This document shows positions 18,750 through 28,124 of a DNA stretch of 32,600 nt, piece after piece. Below the pieces are notes generated by a model that searched no databases, was not told where the DNA came from, and worked only from the letters and a program-made list of their open reading frames with translations. A program made the translations under genes and the position numbers. Origin of the DNA: an uncultured Candidatus Saccharibacteria bacterium (GTDB lineage Bacteria > Patescibacteriota > WWE3 > UBA101185 > UBA10185); assembly GCA_964480825.1 (NCBI GenBank), contig CAYZRJ010000001.1, positions 55,154 through 87,753 of the forward strand, given 5' to 3'. Each line of letters starts with the position of its first letter. Within the stretch, counting starts at the first letter, position 1.

Positions 18750-21700
18750 ATTATTACCTCGGTCAAACCCTCGGCTCCTTCTTCTACTACTACTTCTCCC
18801 GGCGTTAGTTCTTCTGACTCTGTTTCTGTTACGTCAGTTTCTTCGACAACTGCTTCCGGTGTTTCGGTTAAGGCCTCTAAACTTAAACCTAAACCGTTTA
18901 ATTTTCTTACTAAAAGTTTAAATGTTTCAGGAACGGTTGATGCCGGTATTTCCTTGCCTTGTATTAAAGCGCTGTATGCTTGAGTTCTACCCAGCATGTC
19001 ATCAGATTTTATAGTTAACATTTCTTGCAAGATGCTAGAGGCACCATAGGCCTCAAGTGCCCAAACTTCCATTTCTCCAAACCTTTGTCCGCCGAATTGA
19101 GCCTTTCCGCCGAGCGGCTGTTGAGTAATCAAACTGTAAGGACCTGTGGATCTTGCGTGCATTTTTTCTTCGGACATGTGTATTAATTTCAAAATGTAAG
19201 TATGGCCTACGACAACATCTTCATGGAAAAATTCTCCTGTTCTACCGTCAATTAATTTCATCTTTCCCGAGACGGGAAGATTCGCCTTTGCCAATTCCTC
19301 CGCGAGAACTTCTTCGGTAATTTCTTGCAACGATGGAACTTCGTATGTTTTGTTAAGTCGCGCACCGGCCATACCCAACGATGCCTCGAGTATTTGTCCG
19401 ACATTCATACGCTTTAAAACAGCCTCAGAAGAAAATATAATATCAACAGGAGTTCCATCAGGTAGCATCGGCATGTCAATAGAAGGAATTACTGCTGAAA
19501 TAACACCCTTGTTTCCGTGTCTTCCCGCCAGCTTATCTCCGATTTCAATTTTCTTTTGTTGAGCTACATAGATTGTTATTTCTTCTAAAGTTCCGGCTGA
19601 CAAGGTCTCGTTTTCGGACTTAGTTACTCGTTTTACGCTTATAACAACACCGTGTTCACCGTGAGGCATGTATAAAGAGTTATCTCTAACATCTTTTGCT
19701 TTTTCACCGAATATTGCTCTTAGCAATCTTTCTTCTGCGGTTAAGTCTACCTCACCTTTTGGCGCGACTTTACCAATCAAAATATCGCCTGCTTTTACTT
19801 TAGAACCGACTGCGACAATTCCTCGTTCGTCAAGGTTTCTTAAAGCTTCTTCGGATACATTGGGAATATCTCTTGTTATTTCTTCTGGTCCAAGTTTTGT
19901 TTCTAATACAGACAGGTCGTAATCAGAAATATGAATGGATGTGAGTTTGTCCTCTTTTACTAATCTGTCTGAGATAACAATTCCGTCTTCATACTCAAGT
20001 CCTTCGTAAATCATATATGCAACTGTAACGTTTGTGCCAATTGCGATTTCGCCGCGGTCAGCTGAGGGTCCTTCGAGTATGACGTCGCCTTTTTTGATTT
20101 TTTGACCGGTTGTTACGCGAATTACCTGATTGTAGCAAGTATCGGCGTTGCTTTGGTGAAACTTCATTGTCTTGTACTCGACTTTGGATTTTTTATCTTT
20201 ACCGTATTTAATTACGACTTTTTCTGCATCGGCAAATTCAATTTCGCCGTCGTGTTCGGCTAAAATTACGGCTTCGGCGTTTTGCGCAATGTCAGCCTCA
20301 ATACCTGTTCCGACTATCGGGCGTTCCGGTCTTACCAGGGGAACTGCTTGAGTCATTTGTTGAGTACCCATTAAAGCTCGGGCGATATCATCGTTTTGTA
20401 AAAAGGGAATCAAACCTGCTGAAATACCGACGACCTGTCTTGGAACAACCTCGATATATTGAGCCTGAGATGCATCTCCAATAAAAAATTGATCCCCTCT
20501 TCGAAGCGGGATCTGTTTGTCTAATATATACCCCCTGTCGTCTATATTAATAGATTGGTCAGTAATATAAACTTCCATTTCGTCATACGCAGCAAGATAT
20601 GTAACTTTGTCAGTCAGTTTTAATCTCCCGTCAGCTTCTTTCTCAATCTTGTAATACGGGGTTTCTAAAAATCCGTACTCGTTCATTTTTGCGTACATTG
20701 CCAGATAGTTGATAAGTCCGATACTTGGCCCCTCGGGAGTTCTAACCGGACAAATTCTACCGAAAGATGAATAATGAACATCTCGAACGGACATGCTTGC
20801 TCTTTCTTTTGTCAGTCCGCCCGGTCCGAGAACGGATATTCTTCTCAAATGCTCGAGAGCAGTCAAGGGGTTTTGTTGGTCATGCAGTTGCGAAAGCTGT
20901 CCTGTTGCAAAAAAGCTATGTACAGCCGCGGCGATTGCGCGAGGAGAAATCAACTGTGACGGCTCAGGTAACAAATCTCTTGGAGTTAAACTCATTCTCT
21001 CTTTTACGTTCTTTTCCATTCTTAAAAATCCTATACGTACCTGCCACTGTAAAAGTTCACCGACACATTTAATACGTCTGTTGCCTAAAAAGTCTATGTC
21101 ACTTACTTCTCCGGTTCCGTTGTTTAGCGTGATGATTCGTGAAAATATTTTTATTAAATCTTCTAGTTGTAAAAGTCTATGTTTTGGATCGTTAGGAAAT
21201 TTAACACCAAGAGTCTGATTTAATTTAAATCTTCCGACCGGCCCCAAACTATATCGTCTTTTATTAAAGAACATAGCATCAACTAATGATTTTGCGTTTT
21301 CTAAAACCAAAGGTTCGCCCGGCCTCATTTTTCGATAAACTTCGATACAAGCTTCTTCGTACGATGAAGCCGGATCTTTTGCTAAAGTGGATTCTATATA
21401 ATTAATCTCGGGGTTTGTTTCGACTCCAACAAATGTATTTATAATATCCTGATCTTTTTCTAAACCAAATATTCTTAGCAATGTTGTTGCGGTAATTTTT
21501 CTTTTTCGGTCTATTCTTACACTCATAACACCGCTTCTTGATGTTTCGAATTCAAGCCAAACGCCGCTTCTTGGCAATACCTTTGCTCCTGCTAAAAACT
21601 GGCCGGTAATGGGTGAGATTTCACCGGTAAAAAGAACGCCCTCTGCTCTTATAATTTGGCTAATCGAAACTCTTTCGACCCCGTTAACTACAAAAGTTCC

Positions 21701-22033
21701 CCTTTTTGTCATTAGGGGAATGTCGCCCATGTATATATTTTGTGATTTTTTTTGTTTTTTAATCGGATCTTCCAGCGTAGCTTTTACATACCAAGGAGCG
21801 TCATATGTTCTCCCGTGACTCAGTGCTTCTTCGACGGTTAAGGTAGCCTTGTCAATACGCGGATCTGATAATGTAAGGCGCCAACCTCGCCCCGATGTAT
21901 CCTCAATGATTCCCAATTCATTAAGTATTTCCTGAAGGCCTTCTTTTTTAAGCCATTCGTACGACTCAAATTGAACGCCTATAAGATTTGGCAAAGGAAG
22001 ATATATTTTTCTTTTGGAAAAACTGTGGCGCAT
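18746..22033 (-). CDS. rpoB: RNA polymerase beta subunit
   Basis: LGPGGL, GDKLAGRHGNKG, HARSTGPYS, GQRFGEMEVWA. Confidence 0.99.
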   Translation of the reverse strand: MRHSFSKRKIYLPLPNLIGVQFESYEWLKKEGLQEILNELGIIEDTSGRGWRLTLSDPRIDKATLTVEEALSHGRTYDAPWYVKATLEDPIKKQKKSQNIYMGDIPLMTKRGTFVVNGVERVSISQIIRAEGVLFTGEISPITGQFLAGAKVLPRSGVWLEFETSRSGVMSVRIDRKRKITATTLLRIFGLEKDQDIINTFVGVETNPEINYIESTLAKDPASSYEEACIEVYRKMRPGEPLVLENAKSLVDAMFFNKRRYSLGPVGRFKLNQTLGVKFPNDPKHRLLQLEDLIKIFSRIITLNNGTGEVSDIDFLGNRRIKCVGELLQWQVRIGFLRMEKNVKERMSLTPRDLLPEPSQLISPRAIAAAVHSFFATGQLSQLHDQQNPLTALEHLRRISVLGPGGLTKERASMSVRDVHYSSFGRICPVRTPEGPSIGLINYLAMYAKMNEYGFLETPYYKIEKEADGRLKLTDKVTYLAAYDEMEVYITDQSINIDDRGYILDKQIPLRRGDQFFIGDASQAQYIEVVPRQVVGISAGLIPFLQNDDIARALMGTQQMTQAVPLVRPERPIVGTGIEADIAQNAEAVILAEHDGEIEFADAEKVVIKYGKDKKSKVEYKTMKFHQSNADTCYNQVIRVTTGQKIKKGDVILEGPSADRGEIAIGTNVTVAYMIYEGLEYEDGIVISDRLVKEDKLTSIHISDYDLSVLETKLGPEEITRDIPNVSEEALRNLDERGIVAVGSKVKAGDILIGKVAPKGEVDLTAEERLLRAIFGEKAKDVRDNSLYMPHGEHGVVISVKRVTKSENETLSAGTLEEITIYVAQQKKIEIGDKLAGRHGNKGVISAVIPSIDMPMLPDGTPVDIIFSSEAVLKRMNVGQILEASLGMAGARLNKTYEVPSLQEITEEVLAEELAKANLPVSGKMKLIDGRTGEFFHEDVVVGHTYILKLIHMSEEKMHARSTGPYSLITQQPLGGKAQFGGQRFGEMEVWALEAYGASSILQEMLTIKSDDMLGRTQAYSALIQGKEIPASTVPETFKLLVRKLNGLGLSLEALTETPEAVVEETDVTETESEELTPGEVVVEEGAEGLTEVII

Positions 22034-22127
22034 GTTTTTTATTTTTTATGACTTCCGTGACTTGTTATGTCTTTTAATTATAGTACTAACGAAAAAGTTT
22101 CGTCTAATGATATTCGAAACGTAGGAC

Positions 22128-22156
22128 AGCCTATCATAGCAACAAAAACTTGTCAA
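22128..22156 (-). promoter_or_regulatory. Sigma70-type promoter for rpoBC
   Basis: TTGACA-17 nt-TAGGCT with extended -10 TG. Confidence 0.65.
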
Positions 22157-22159
22157 CAA

Positions 22160-22708
22160 TCACCTCAAAAACCCGGCTTTTGCTGGTGGCCAGAACCTAA
22201 AGACTACGCGTCCTAATAAGTTTTTTCTCGCAATAATACCGAAAAACCTAGAATCTACGGAGTGAGAACGATTATCTCCTAAAACCGCATATTCCTGAAA
22301 CCCCAGTTTAACAGATCTGCCGTCTCGTAACAAGGTACCGCCAAATGTGCAGGTATCGAGCGTTAAATAAGATTCCTGAAGCACAAACTGACCTGTATCA
22401 TTTGATATGAGAACATTACACTCAAAAATTTTTATAATATCCCCGGGAACTGCTACTATACGTTTAATGTAGTGCTTAGAGGATTCGTTAGGAGGGATTA
22501 ATACAACTATTTCGCCCCGCTTAAAGGGTTTAAAAAACGGAGAAACTTTGTCGACAAGTATTCTTTCGCCGGTTTCAAAAGACGGTTCCATACTTGATCC
22601 TGATACAACCTCCATTGAGGCTACAAACTTATATATTAAGAAAATAACGACAAAGGAAACTACAAAAGTTTCGATTAATTCTAAAAGAGTATCTTTTATT
22701 TTATTCAT
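22160..22708 (-). CDS. lepB: Signal peptidase I
   Basis: N-terminal TM segment, SGSSMEP (catalytic Ser), YIKRIV (catalytic Lys), GDNRSHSVDSRFFG. Confidence 0.97.
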   Translation of the reverse strand: MNKIKDTLLELIETFVVSFVVIFLIYKFVASMEVVSGSSMEPSFETGERILVDKVSPFFKPFKRGEIVVLIPPNESSKHYIKRIVAVPGDIIKIFECNVLISNDTGQFVLQESYLTLDTCTFGGTLLRDGRSVKLGFQEYAVLGDNRSHSVDSRFFGIIARKNLLGRVVFRFWPPAKAGFLR

Positions 22709-22743
22709 ACCTAAAATATAATGATACTAGTTAACGTCTATTC

Positions 22744-24360
22744 ATGAAGAAAATCAAGAAGAAAGAAAGAATAAAAGAAAACATAATAACAAGGGAGCCG
22801 CGCTATCCGATAAAAATTTTTAAAGAAAACGTGCTTTTTTTCGTACTTATATTTGTAGCAGTACTGATATTGTACGGTAATACTTTTAACGGGCAATTTT
22901 TATCTGCCGACGATTTGCCGGGTATCGTTAATAATCCGATGGTTAAAGACTTTGCGGGCTCAATGAAAACTTACGAAATAGAAAAAATGTTTCCGGCGTT
23001 AATCTTTAAACTATTCGGCATGAATGCCGTGGCTTTTCATGCGTTTTCTATATCAATGCACTTTATAAATATTGTACTGGTTTTCATCTTTGTAATGATT
23101 TTATTCGGTAGGACCGAAGCAATAATTACCACTCTAATATTTATGGTGCATCCATTAAATTCGGAGACGGTATCTTGGATATCGGCCTACGGATATCTTA
23201 TTTATACTTTTTTTACATTACTAATTCTTATTACGTATGTGATATGGTTTAAAACTAAAGACAGTAAATACTTGACACTATCTATTTCGATATTTGTAAC
23301 GTGTATGATTTTTTATCGCAAACCGTGGATTGCTTTGATTCCTGTTTATATTGTTTTAATTGATCAATTAATCCTTGGAAAAAACGTGAATCTAAAAAAG
23401 ATAACAACATACTTTTGGTTTATAGTTCCAACTCTTATATATATGCTGGTTTGGGTACGCGAATCACTGGCAACAAGACAACAACTGCTAGCCACCGTTT
23501 ACTACAACGACCCCGCAACCGCGACCCCGTATTTTATTCGTGTTTTATATACAATCTATATGACCGCAAAGTTAATCCTTTTTCCTTCTTCTCTCACGAT
23601 CTACCACGAAGGAGAAAAGGTGCGATCCATCACTGAGTTTACGATGCTGTCGGGTACAGCAACTGTCTTGGTGGTCATGCTCGTTATATATCTATTTAAG
23701 AAACCTACACCTTTTAAAAAATATATCGGCGCTCTTATACTTTTGATTTATTCAACAATGGCACTGTCTTTTTATCCAACCGTTGTTGTATGGTCAATGG
23801 CCGAAAGATATCTCTATTTGGCAACACTATTTTTTGGACTAATCGTTGCCCTTTTATATAAAAGGTACGGAGGTAAAGTTGCAGCAAAATATATTTTGAT
23901 TGCAGTGCTTGTTATTTATTCCATAAAAACGGTCTGGAGAACAAATGATTGGAAATCCAGTAAAAACTTATGGATTGCAACACAAAAAGTTTCGCCGTAC
24001 AGTTACCGAGTTTACAATAATTTAGGAGATATATACGCCGGTGAAAAAGACTATCCTAAGGCAATAGAAAATTTTCAGATCGCACTTCAAATTAGTCCTA
24101 AGTTTGCCGATGCCGTTCATAACTTGGGTTACACTTATTATCAAATGGGAAATTTAGAACAAGCCAAGACGTACCTTGAAAAATCATACGAAATAAATCC
24201 CTTGATGTATCAAGCTTTACATAAGTTAGGAGTTATTGCTTACCAACAGAAAGATTTAAATCTGGCCAGACAATATTTTGTTAAAACTTTGGAGGTAGAG
24301 CCAAGTTTTGAACCTGCAATTAAAGCGATTAAGTTTATTGATTCACTTCCGGCGAAATAA
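22744..24360 (+). CDS. Multi-pass membrane protein with C-terminal TPRs; TMTC-like GT-C glycosyltransferase
   Basis: DD in first external loop (SADDLPGIVNNP), HPLNSETVSWI, AERYLYL, RTNDW, many hydrophobic segments, then ~3 TPRs (YNNLG, HNLG, HKLG). Confidence 0.75.
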   Translation: MKKIKKKERIKENIITREPRYPIKIFKENVLFFVLIFVAVLILYGNTFNGQFLSADDLPGIVNNPMVKDFAGSMKTYEIEKMFPALIFKLFGMNAVAFHAFSISMHFINIVLVFIFVMILFGRTEAIITTLIFMVHPLNSETVSWISAYGYLIYTFFTLLILITYVIWFKTKDSKYLTLSISIFVTCMIFYRKPWIALIPVYIVLIDQLILGKNVNLKKITTYFWFIVPTLIYMLVWVRESLATRQQLLATVYYNDPATATPYFIRVLYTIYMTAKLILFPSSLTIYHEGEKVRSITEFTMLSGTATVLVVMLVIYLFKKPTPFKKYIGALILLIYSTMALSFYPTVVVWSMAERYLYLATLFFGLIVALLYKRYGGKVAAKYILIAVLVIYSIKTVWRTNDWKSSKNLWIATQKVSPYSYRVYNNLGDIYAGEKDYPKAIENFQIALQISPKFADAVHNLGYTYYQMGNLEQAKTYLEKSYEINPLMYQALHKLGVIAYQQKDLNLARQYFVKTLEVEPSFEPAIKAIKFIDSLPAK

Positions 24361-24381
24361 ATTATTTCCCGTGGCAATTTT

Positions 24382-26937
24382 TTAGTGTACCCACGAAATT
24401 TTGCCGTGGCAAAATTTGAACTTCTTCCCGCTGCCGCAGTGACAGGAATCGTTGCGTCCGATCTTTTCTTGACCCGAAATTATTTTCTCGACTTTTAATT
24501 CCCGGCCCGATTCACCGATAACTTTTCGTTCGCTGGCCTCTTCGGATACACCCGTTTCAACATCGGCACTGTACTTATACTCAACGTTTTTCAAGTTTTC
24601 TTTTTGTGGATTTCTCAACAGTTCGGCCGGGTCTTGTAACCCTAAAAATCTTTGAGCAATGCTGAAATAAACTCTTGAAATTAAAATAGAGAATCTCTCG
24701 TGGCCCTCGTGTTTGTATTCAACCATCGGGTCTCGCTGGGCGTAGCCGCGCAAACCAATTCCGTCACGGATTTGGTCCATATCAACAAGATGTTCCATCC
24801 ATAATAAATCAACAACCGGTAAACTCATCTGTGCCACGACGTTTCCCCATATATTTTGACCTATCTGCTTTTTTCGTGTCTCCCAATCTTCTTTTGAAAT
24901 TTTTGCGTGCTCCGAAAGTTTTGATAAAAACCAATCTTCATGTTCATAATTTCCTTCGGAAATTTCAAGTATTCTTCGTCGCAATTTATAAATAACTTCC
25001 CGGTGAACATTCATAACATCATCCATTTCGACAACTTGTTTTCGTCGATCAAAATTAAGACCCTCTACTCTTTTTTGCGCGGTTTCTATGGACTTTGTAA
25101 CCAGCCCGGCTTCAAGTGGAACATTTTCATCTAACCCAAGTCTATCCATCATTTTTGTAATTTGCTCGCCACCAAAAATCCGCATTAAATCGTCTTGCAA
25201 TGAAACATAAAATTTGGACGAACCCGGATCTCCCTGTCGTCCGGCACGCCCTCTTAACTGATTATCTATTCGTCGAGATTCGTGGCGTTCAGTGCCAATA
25301 ATGTGTAGTCCCCCTGCGTCTATAACTTCAATTTGCTCGGGCTGATTTACAGGATCTCCTCCTAAAACAATATCGACACCTCGCCCTGCCATATTTGTCG
25401 AAATTGTAACTGCACCTTTTTTACCGGCTTGTGCAATTATCAATGCTTCGCGTTCGTGATTTTTTGCGTTCAAAATTTCGTGAGCAACACCGCGTCTACG
25501 TAATAATTCGTGTAACAACTCACTTTTTTCAACAGATGTCGTACCCACTAAGACAGGCTGACCTCTTTTATTTTTTTCGGTAATCTCGTCTGCGACTGCT
25601 CTAAACTTAGATGCTTCTGTTTTATAAATTACATCGTTACTATCAATTCTGTGTGTAGGTTTATTAGTCGGAATAACAACGACGTCCAAATTGTATATTT
25701 TGTAAAACTCTTCGGCCTCGGTTAAAGCGGTACCTGTCATACCCGATAACTTTTTGTACATCCTAAAGTAGTTTTGGTACGAAATTTCTCCCAAAGTTTT
25801 TGACTCCTCCTGAATCGCAACACCTTCTTTTGCTTCTATAGCTTGATGCAAGCCATTTGAATATCTATTATTGGCAAGAATTCTTCCGGTGAATTGATCA
25901 ACGATTAATACTTTTCCGTCCTTAACAACATACTCTTTATCTTTTTCGTACAAAGCTCGCGCGGTCAACGCCTGTTCAATCAAATGAACCATTTCAAAAT
26001 CTTCTTCGTAAAGATTTTTTGCCCCCAGCATGTTTTCAACTCTACGCACTCCTAAATCAGTTAAAGTTGCGTTTCTAAATTTTTCATCTACTTCATAGTC
26101 CGAATCTTTTACCAAAGCTTTGACTATTTTGTCGGCGTCGTGGTATCTATCACTTGGTTTAGAGTCACTCGAAGAAATGATCAACGGTGTTCGTGCAACA
26201 TCAATCAAAACGAAATCCACTTCGTCTACAACCGCAAAGTTGTGAGCTCCCCATTCCCCATTTTGATTCGTTTGCACCATATCCTTAAAACGATAAACCA
26301 TGTTGTCGCGTAAATAATCAAAACCAAATTGGTGGTTTGTTCCGTAGACAATGTCGCATTGATAAACCTGTTGTTTTGGTACTTCTTTTAGATGTTTAGT
26401 GTATGCGTCCTCAAACGTATTGTTTTCGTGAGTAGTATCAAAAACGTAACCTTTTTCTTCCATGATTACTCCAACCTTAATTCCAAGTTTTTCGTACAAA
26501 GGTCCCATACAACCCGCGCCGTGTCGGGACAAGTAATCATTTGGGGTAATAAGATGCACTCCTCGCCCGGCCAGCGAGTTTAAATAAAGAGGCAAAGACG
26601 CGACTAACGTTTTGCCTTCTCCTGTTTTTTGTTCAGAAATTTTCCCCTGGTGCAATATTATTCCCGACATCATCTGCACATCAAAGTGACGCATATTTAA
26701 TGATCGTTTACTTGCTTCACGAACAAAAGCATATGCCTCGGGCAGTATTTTATCTAAGTATTTATCCTGTGATGCTTCATCAAGTTTTTTAAGTTCATCT
26801 TTCCAATATTGAGTTTTTTCTTTTATCTGGTCATCGGTAAGCTTTTGGGTCTCGGGCTCGAATGCGTTTATTTTTTCAACAATCGGTCGTAAAAGTTTTA
26901 TTTGTTTTTCGTTTGAATCAAAAAGCGATTTAAACAT
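24382..26937 (-). CDS. secA: Preprotein translocase ATPase SecA
   Basis: KTGEGKT, DEVD, TNMAGRG, HESRRIDNQLRGR, C-terminal SEC-C motif GRNDSCHCGSGKKFKFCH. Confidence 0.99.
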   Translation of the reverse strand: MFKSLFDSNEKQIKLLRPIVEKINAFEPETQKLTDDQIKEKTQYWKDELKKLDEASQDKYLDKILPEAYAFVREASKRSLNMRHFDVQMMSGIILHQGKISEQKTGEGKTLVASLPLYLNSLAGRGVHLITPNDYLSRHGAGCMGPLYEKLGIKVGVIMEEKGYVFDTTHENNTFEDAYTKHLKEVPKQQVYQCDIVYGTNHQFGFDYLRDNMVYRFKDMVQTNQNGEWGAHNFAVVDEVDFVLIDVARTPLIISSSDSKPSDRYHDADKIVKALVKDSDYEVDEKFRNATLTDLGVRRVENMLGAKNLYEEDFEMVHLIEQALTARALYEKDKEYVVKDGKVLIVDQFTGRILANNRYSNGLHQAIEAKEGVAIQEESKTLGEISYQNYFRMYKKLSGMTGTALTEAEEFYKIYNLDVVVIPTNKPTHRIDSNDVIYKTEASKFRAVADEITEKNKRGQPVLVGTTSVEKSELLHELLRRRGVAHEILNAKNHEREALIIAQAGKKGAVTISTNMAGRGVDIVLGGDPVNQPEQIEVIDAGGLHIIGTERHESRRIDNQLRGRAGRQGDPGSSKFYVSLQDDLMRIFGGEQITKMMDRLGLDENVPLEAGLVTKSIETAQKRVEGLNFDRRKQVVEMDDVMNVHREVIYKLRRRILEISEGNYEHEDWFLSKLSEHAKISKEDWETRKKQIGQNIWGNVVAQMSLPVVDLLWMEHLVDMDQIRDGIGLRGYAQRDPMVEYKHEGHERFSILISRVYFSIAQRFLGLQDPAELLRNPQKENLKNVEYKYSADVETGVSEEASERKVIGESGRELKVEKIISGQEKIGRNDSCHCGSGKKFKFCHGKISWVH

Positions 26938-26946
26938 ATCAAGGGG

Positions 26947-26955
26947 ATTATATCA
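26947..26955 (-). promoter_or_regulatory. Extended -10 promoter for secA
   Basis: TGaTATAAT ending 9 nt before the ATG. Confidence 0.6.
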
Positions 26956-26978
26956 CTATAATATTACCCAAAGCTTTG

Positions 26979-26987
26979 TGGTAAAAT
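26979..26987 (+). promoter_or_regulatory. Extended -10 promoter for the orphan ORF at 27021
   Basis: TGgTAAAAT ~33 nt upstream of the start; AAGGAG RBS follows. Confidence 0.5.
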
Positions 26988-27020
26988 CGCAGTATCAAAA
27001 CTGTTAAAGGAGAAACGCAC

Positions 27021-27320
27021 ATGTCTCAAACTTATCTTGATAAGGCACGCAAAGTAGCGGAATTGTTTGCGACCTCTTTCTTTAAGGTAGACAATCCGAA
27101 AATTGTTTGCAAGGGGAAGACTAAACTAGGATACTACTTTACAGCCAAACCTCCCAGAAACGAGATCATAACTTTGGTGGTAGATAGAACCTGCCAACTG
27201 ATCGAGATGTTTACGGGAGAAGCTACGATTGGGGATATTGAAAAAGGTCGCGGTAAGTTTGGCGAGTATGCGGCCGAAAAAGATGGGGCAAGATTCGGAC
27301 CAGCACCTGTCATAAACTAA
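27021..27320 (+). CDS. Hypothetical protein (99 aa)
   Basis: Fills the secA-uppP gap; has its own promoter-like site, AAGGAG RBS and downstream hairpin; no recognised motif. Confidence 0.8.
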   Translation: MSQTYLDKARKVAELFATSFFKVDNPKIVCKGKTKLGYYFTAKPPRNEIITLVVDRTCQLIEMFTGEATIGDIEKGRGKFGEYAAEKDGARFGPAPVIN

Positions 27321-27326
27321 TTTAAC

Positions 27327-27361
27327 AAAAGCCGAGCACTCTCAAAAAGTCCTCGGCTTTT
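27327..27361. terminator. Bidirectional terminator-like hairpin between convergent genes
   Basis: AAAAGCCGAG...CTCGGCTTTT. Confidence 0.7.
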
Positions 27362-28124
27362 ATTTATATATCAAGGCGAACAAAACTAACGTCAGAGCTA
27401 AGCGATAATAAATAAAAATATTTAATCCGTGAGATTTTAAATAATTTAACAAAAAGTGCACAACGGCCAGTCCCATTAAAAAACTTGAAATAAATCCGAC
27501 CGCCAATATATTTGTACTCACGTCTATTGTTGCCCAATCTGTACTTACCAATTTGTACCCTCCGGCCAAAACAACAATTGGAATGGACATTAAAAACGAA
27601 AGTCTGGCCGCGTCAACTTGTCCAAGCCCCGATAACATTGCACCCGATATGGTTGATCCCGACCTAGATACTCCCGGAAAAAGCGCCAAAGCTTGAAAAA
27701 ATCCAATTTTTATACTTTTAACTGCGGTAACGCCTTCGATTCTCATATGCTCCTTGCCAAACTTTTGAGCGTATACCATTAACAATGTGCCTAAAAACAT
27801 AAATAAAGTTACACTGCCAACTGATCTAAATCTTTCTTCAAAATCACTTTCGAATAAAAATCCTAAAACTCCGGCAGGAATAGAACCTAGCAGTATGAAA
27901 AAAAGTAACTTTGATTTGGAAGTTATCAAAATCATTAGATCAGACCAAAAATAAACCACTAAAGTTAGTGCGGTTGCTAAGTGCAGAGTTGTATCAAAAA
28001 CCAAAGGTTGTGGCTTCCAAGCAGGAATATGCGAAAGTAGAGCTAGATGGCCAGAAGATGAAATGGGCAAAAACTCGGACAGGCCCTGAACTATTCCTAA
28101 CACCAGTGCTTGAATTAAGGTCAT
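27360..28124 (-). CDS. uppP: Undecaprenyl-diphosphate phosphatase (BacA)
   Basis: QGLSEFLPISSSGH, PGVSRSGSTI, AARLSFLMSIP. Confidence 0.98.
   Translation of the reverse strand: MTLIQALVLGIVQGLSEFLPISSSGHLALLSHIPAWKPQPLVFDTTLHLATALTLVVYFWSDLMILITSKSKLLFFILLGSIPAGVLGFLFESDFEERFRSVGSVTLFMFLGTLLMVYAQKFGKEHMRIEGVTAVKSIKIGFFQALALFPGVSRSGSTISGAMLSGLGQVDAARLSFLMSIPIVVLAGGYKLVSTDWATIDVSTNILAVGFISSFLMGLAVVHFLLNYLKSHGLNIFIYYRLALTLVLFALIYK

Noticed and set aside
18750-18865. Acidic low-complexity C-terminal tail of RpoB
   Set aside because: Acidic disordered tails on RpoB are common, and there is no repeat structure.
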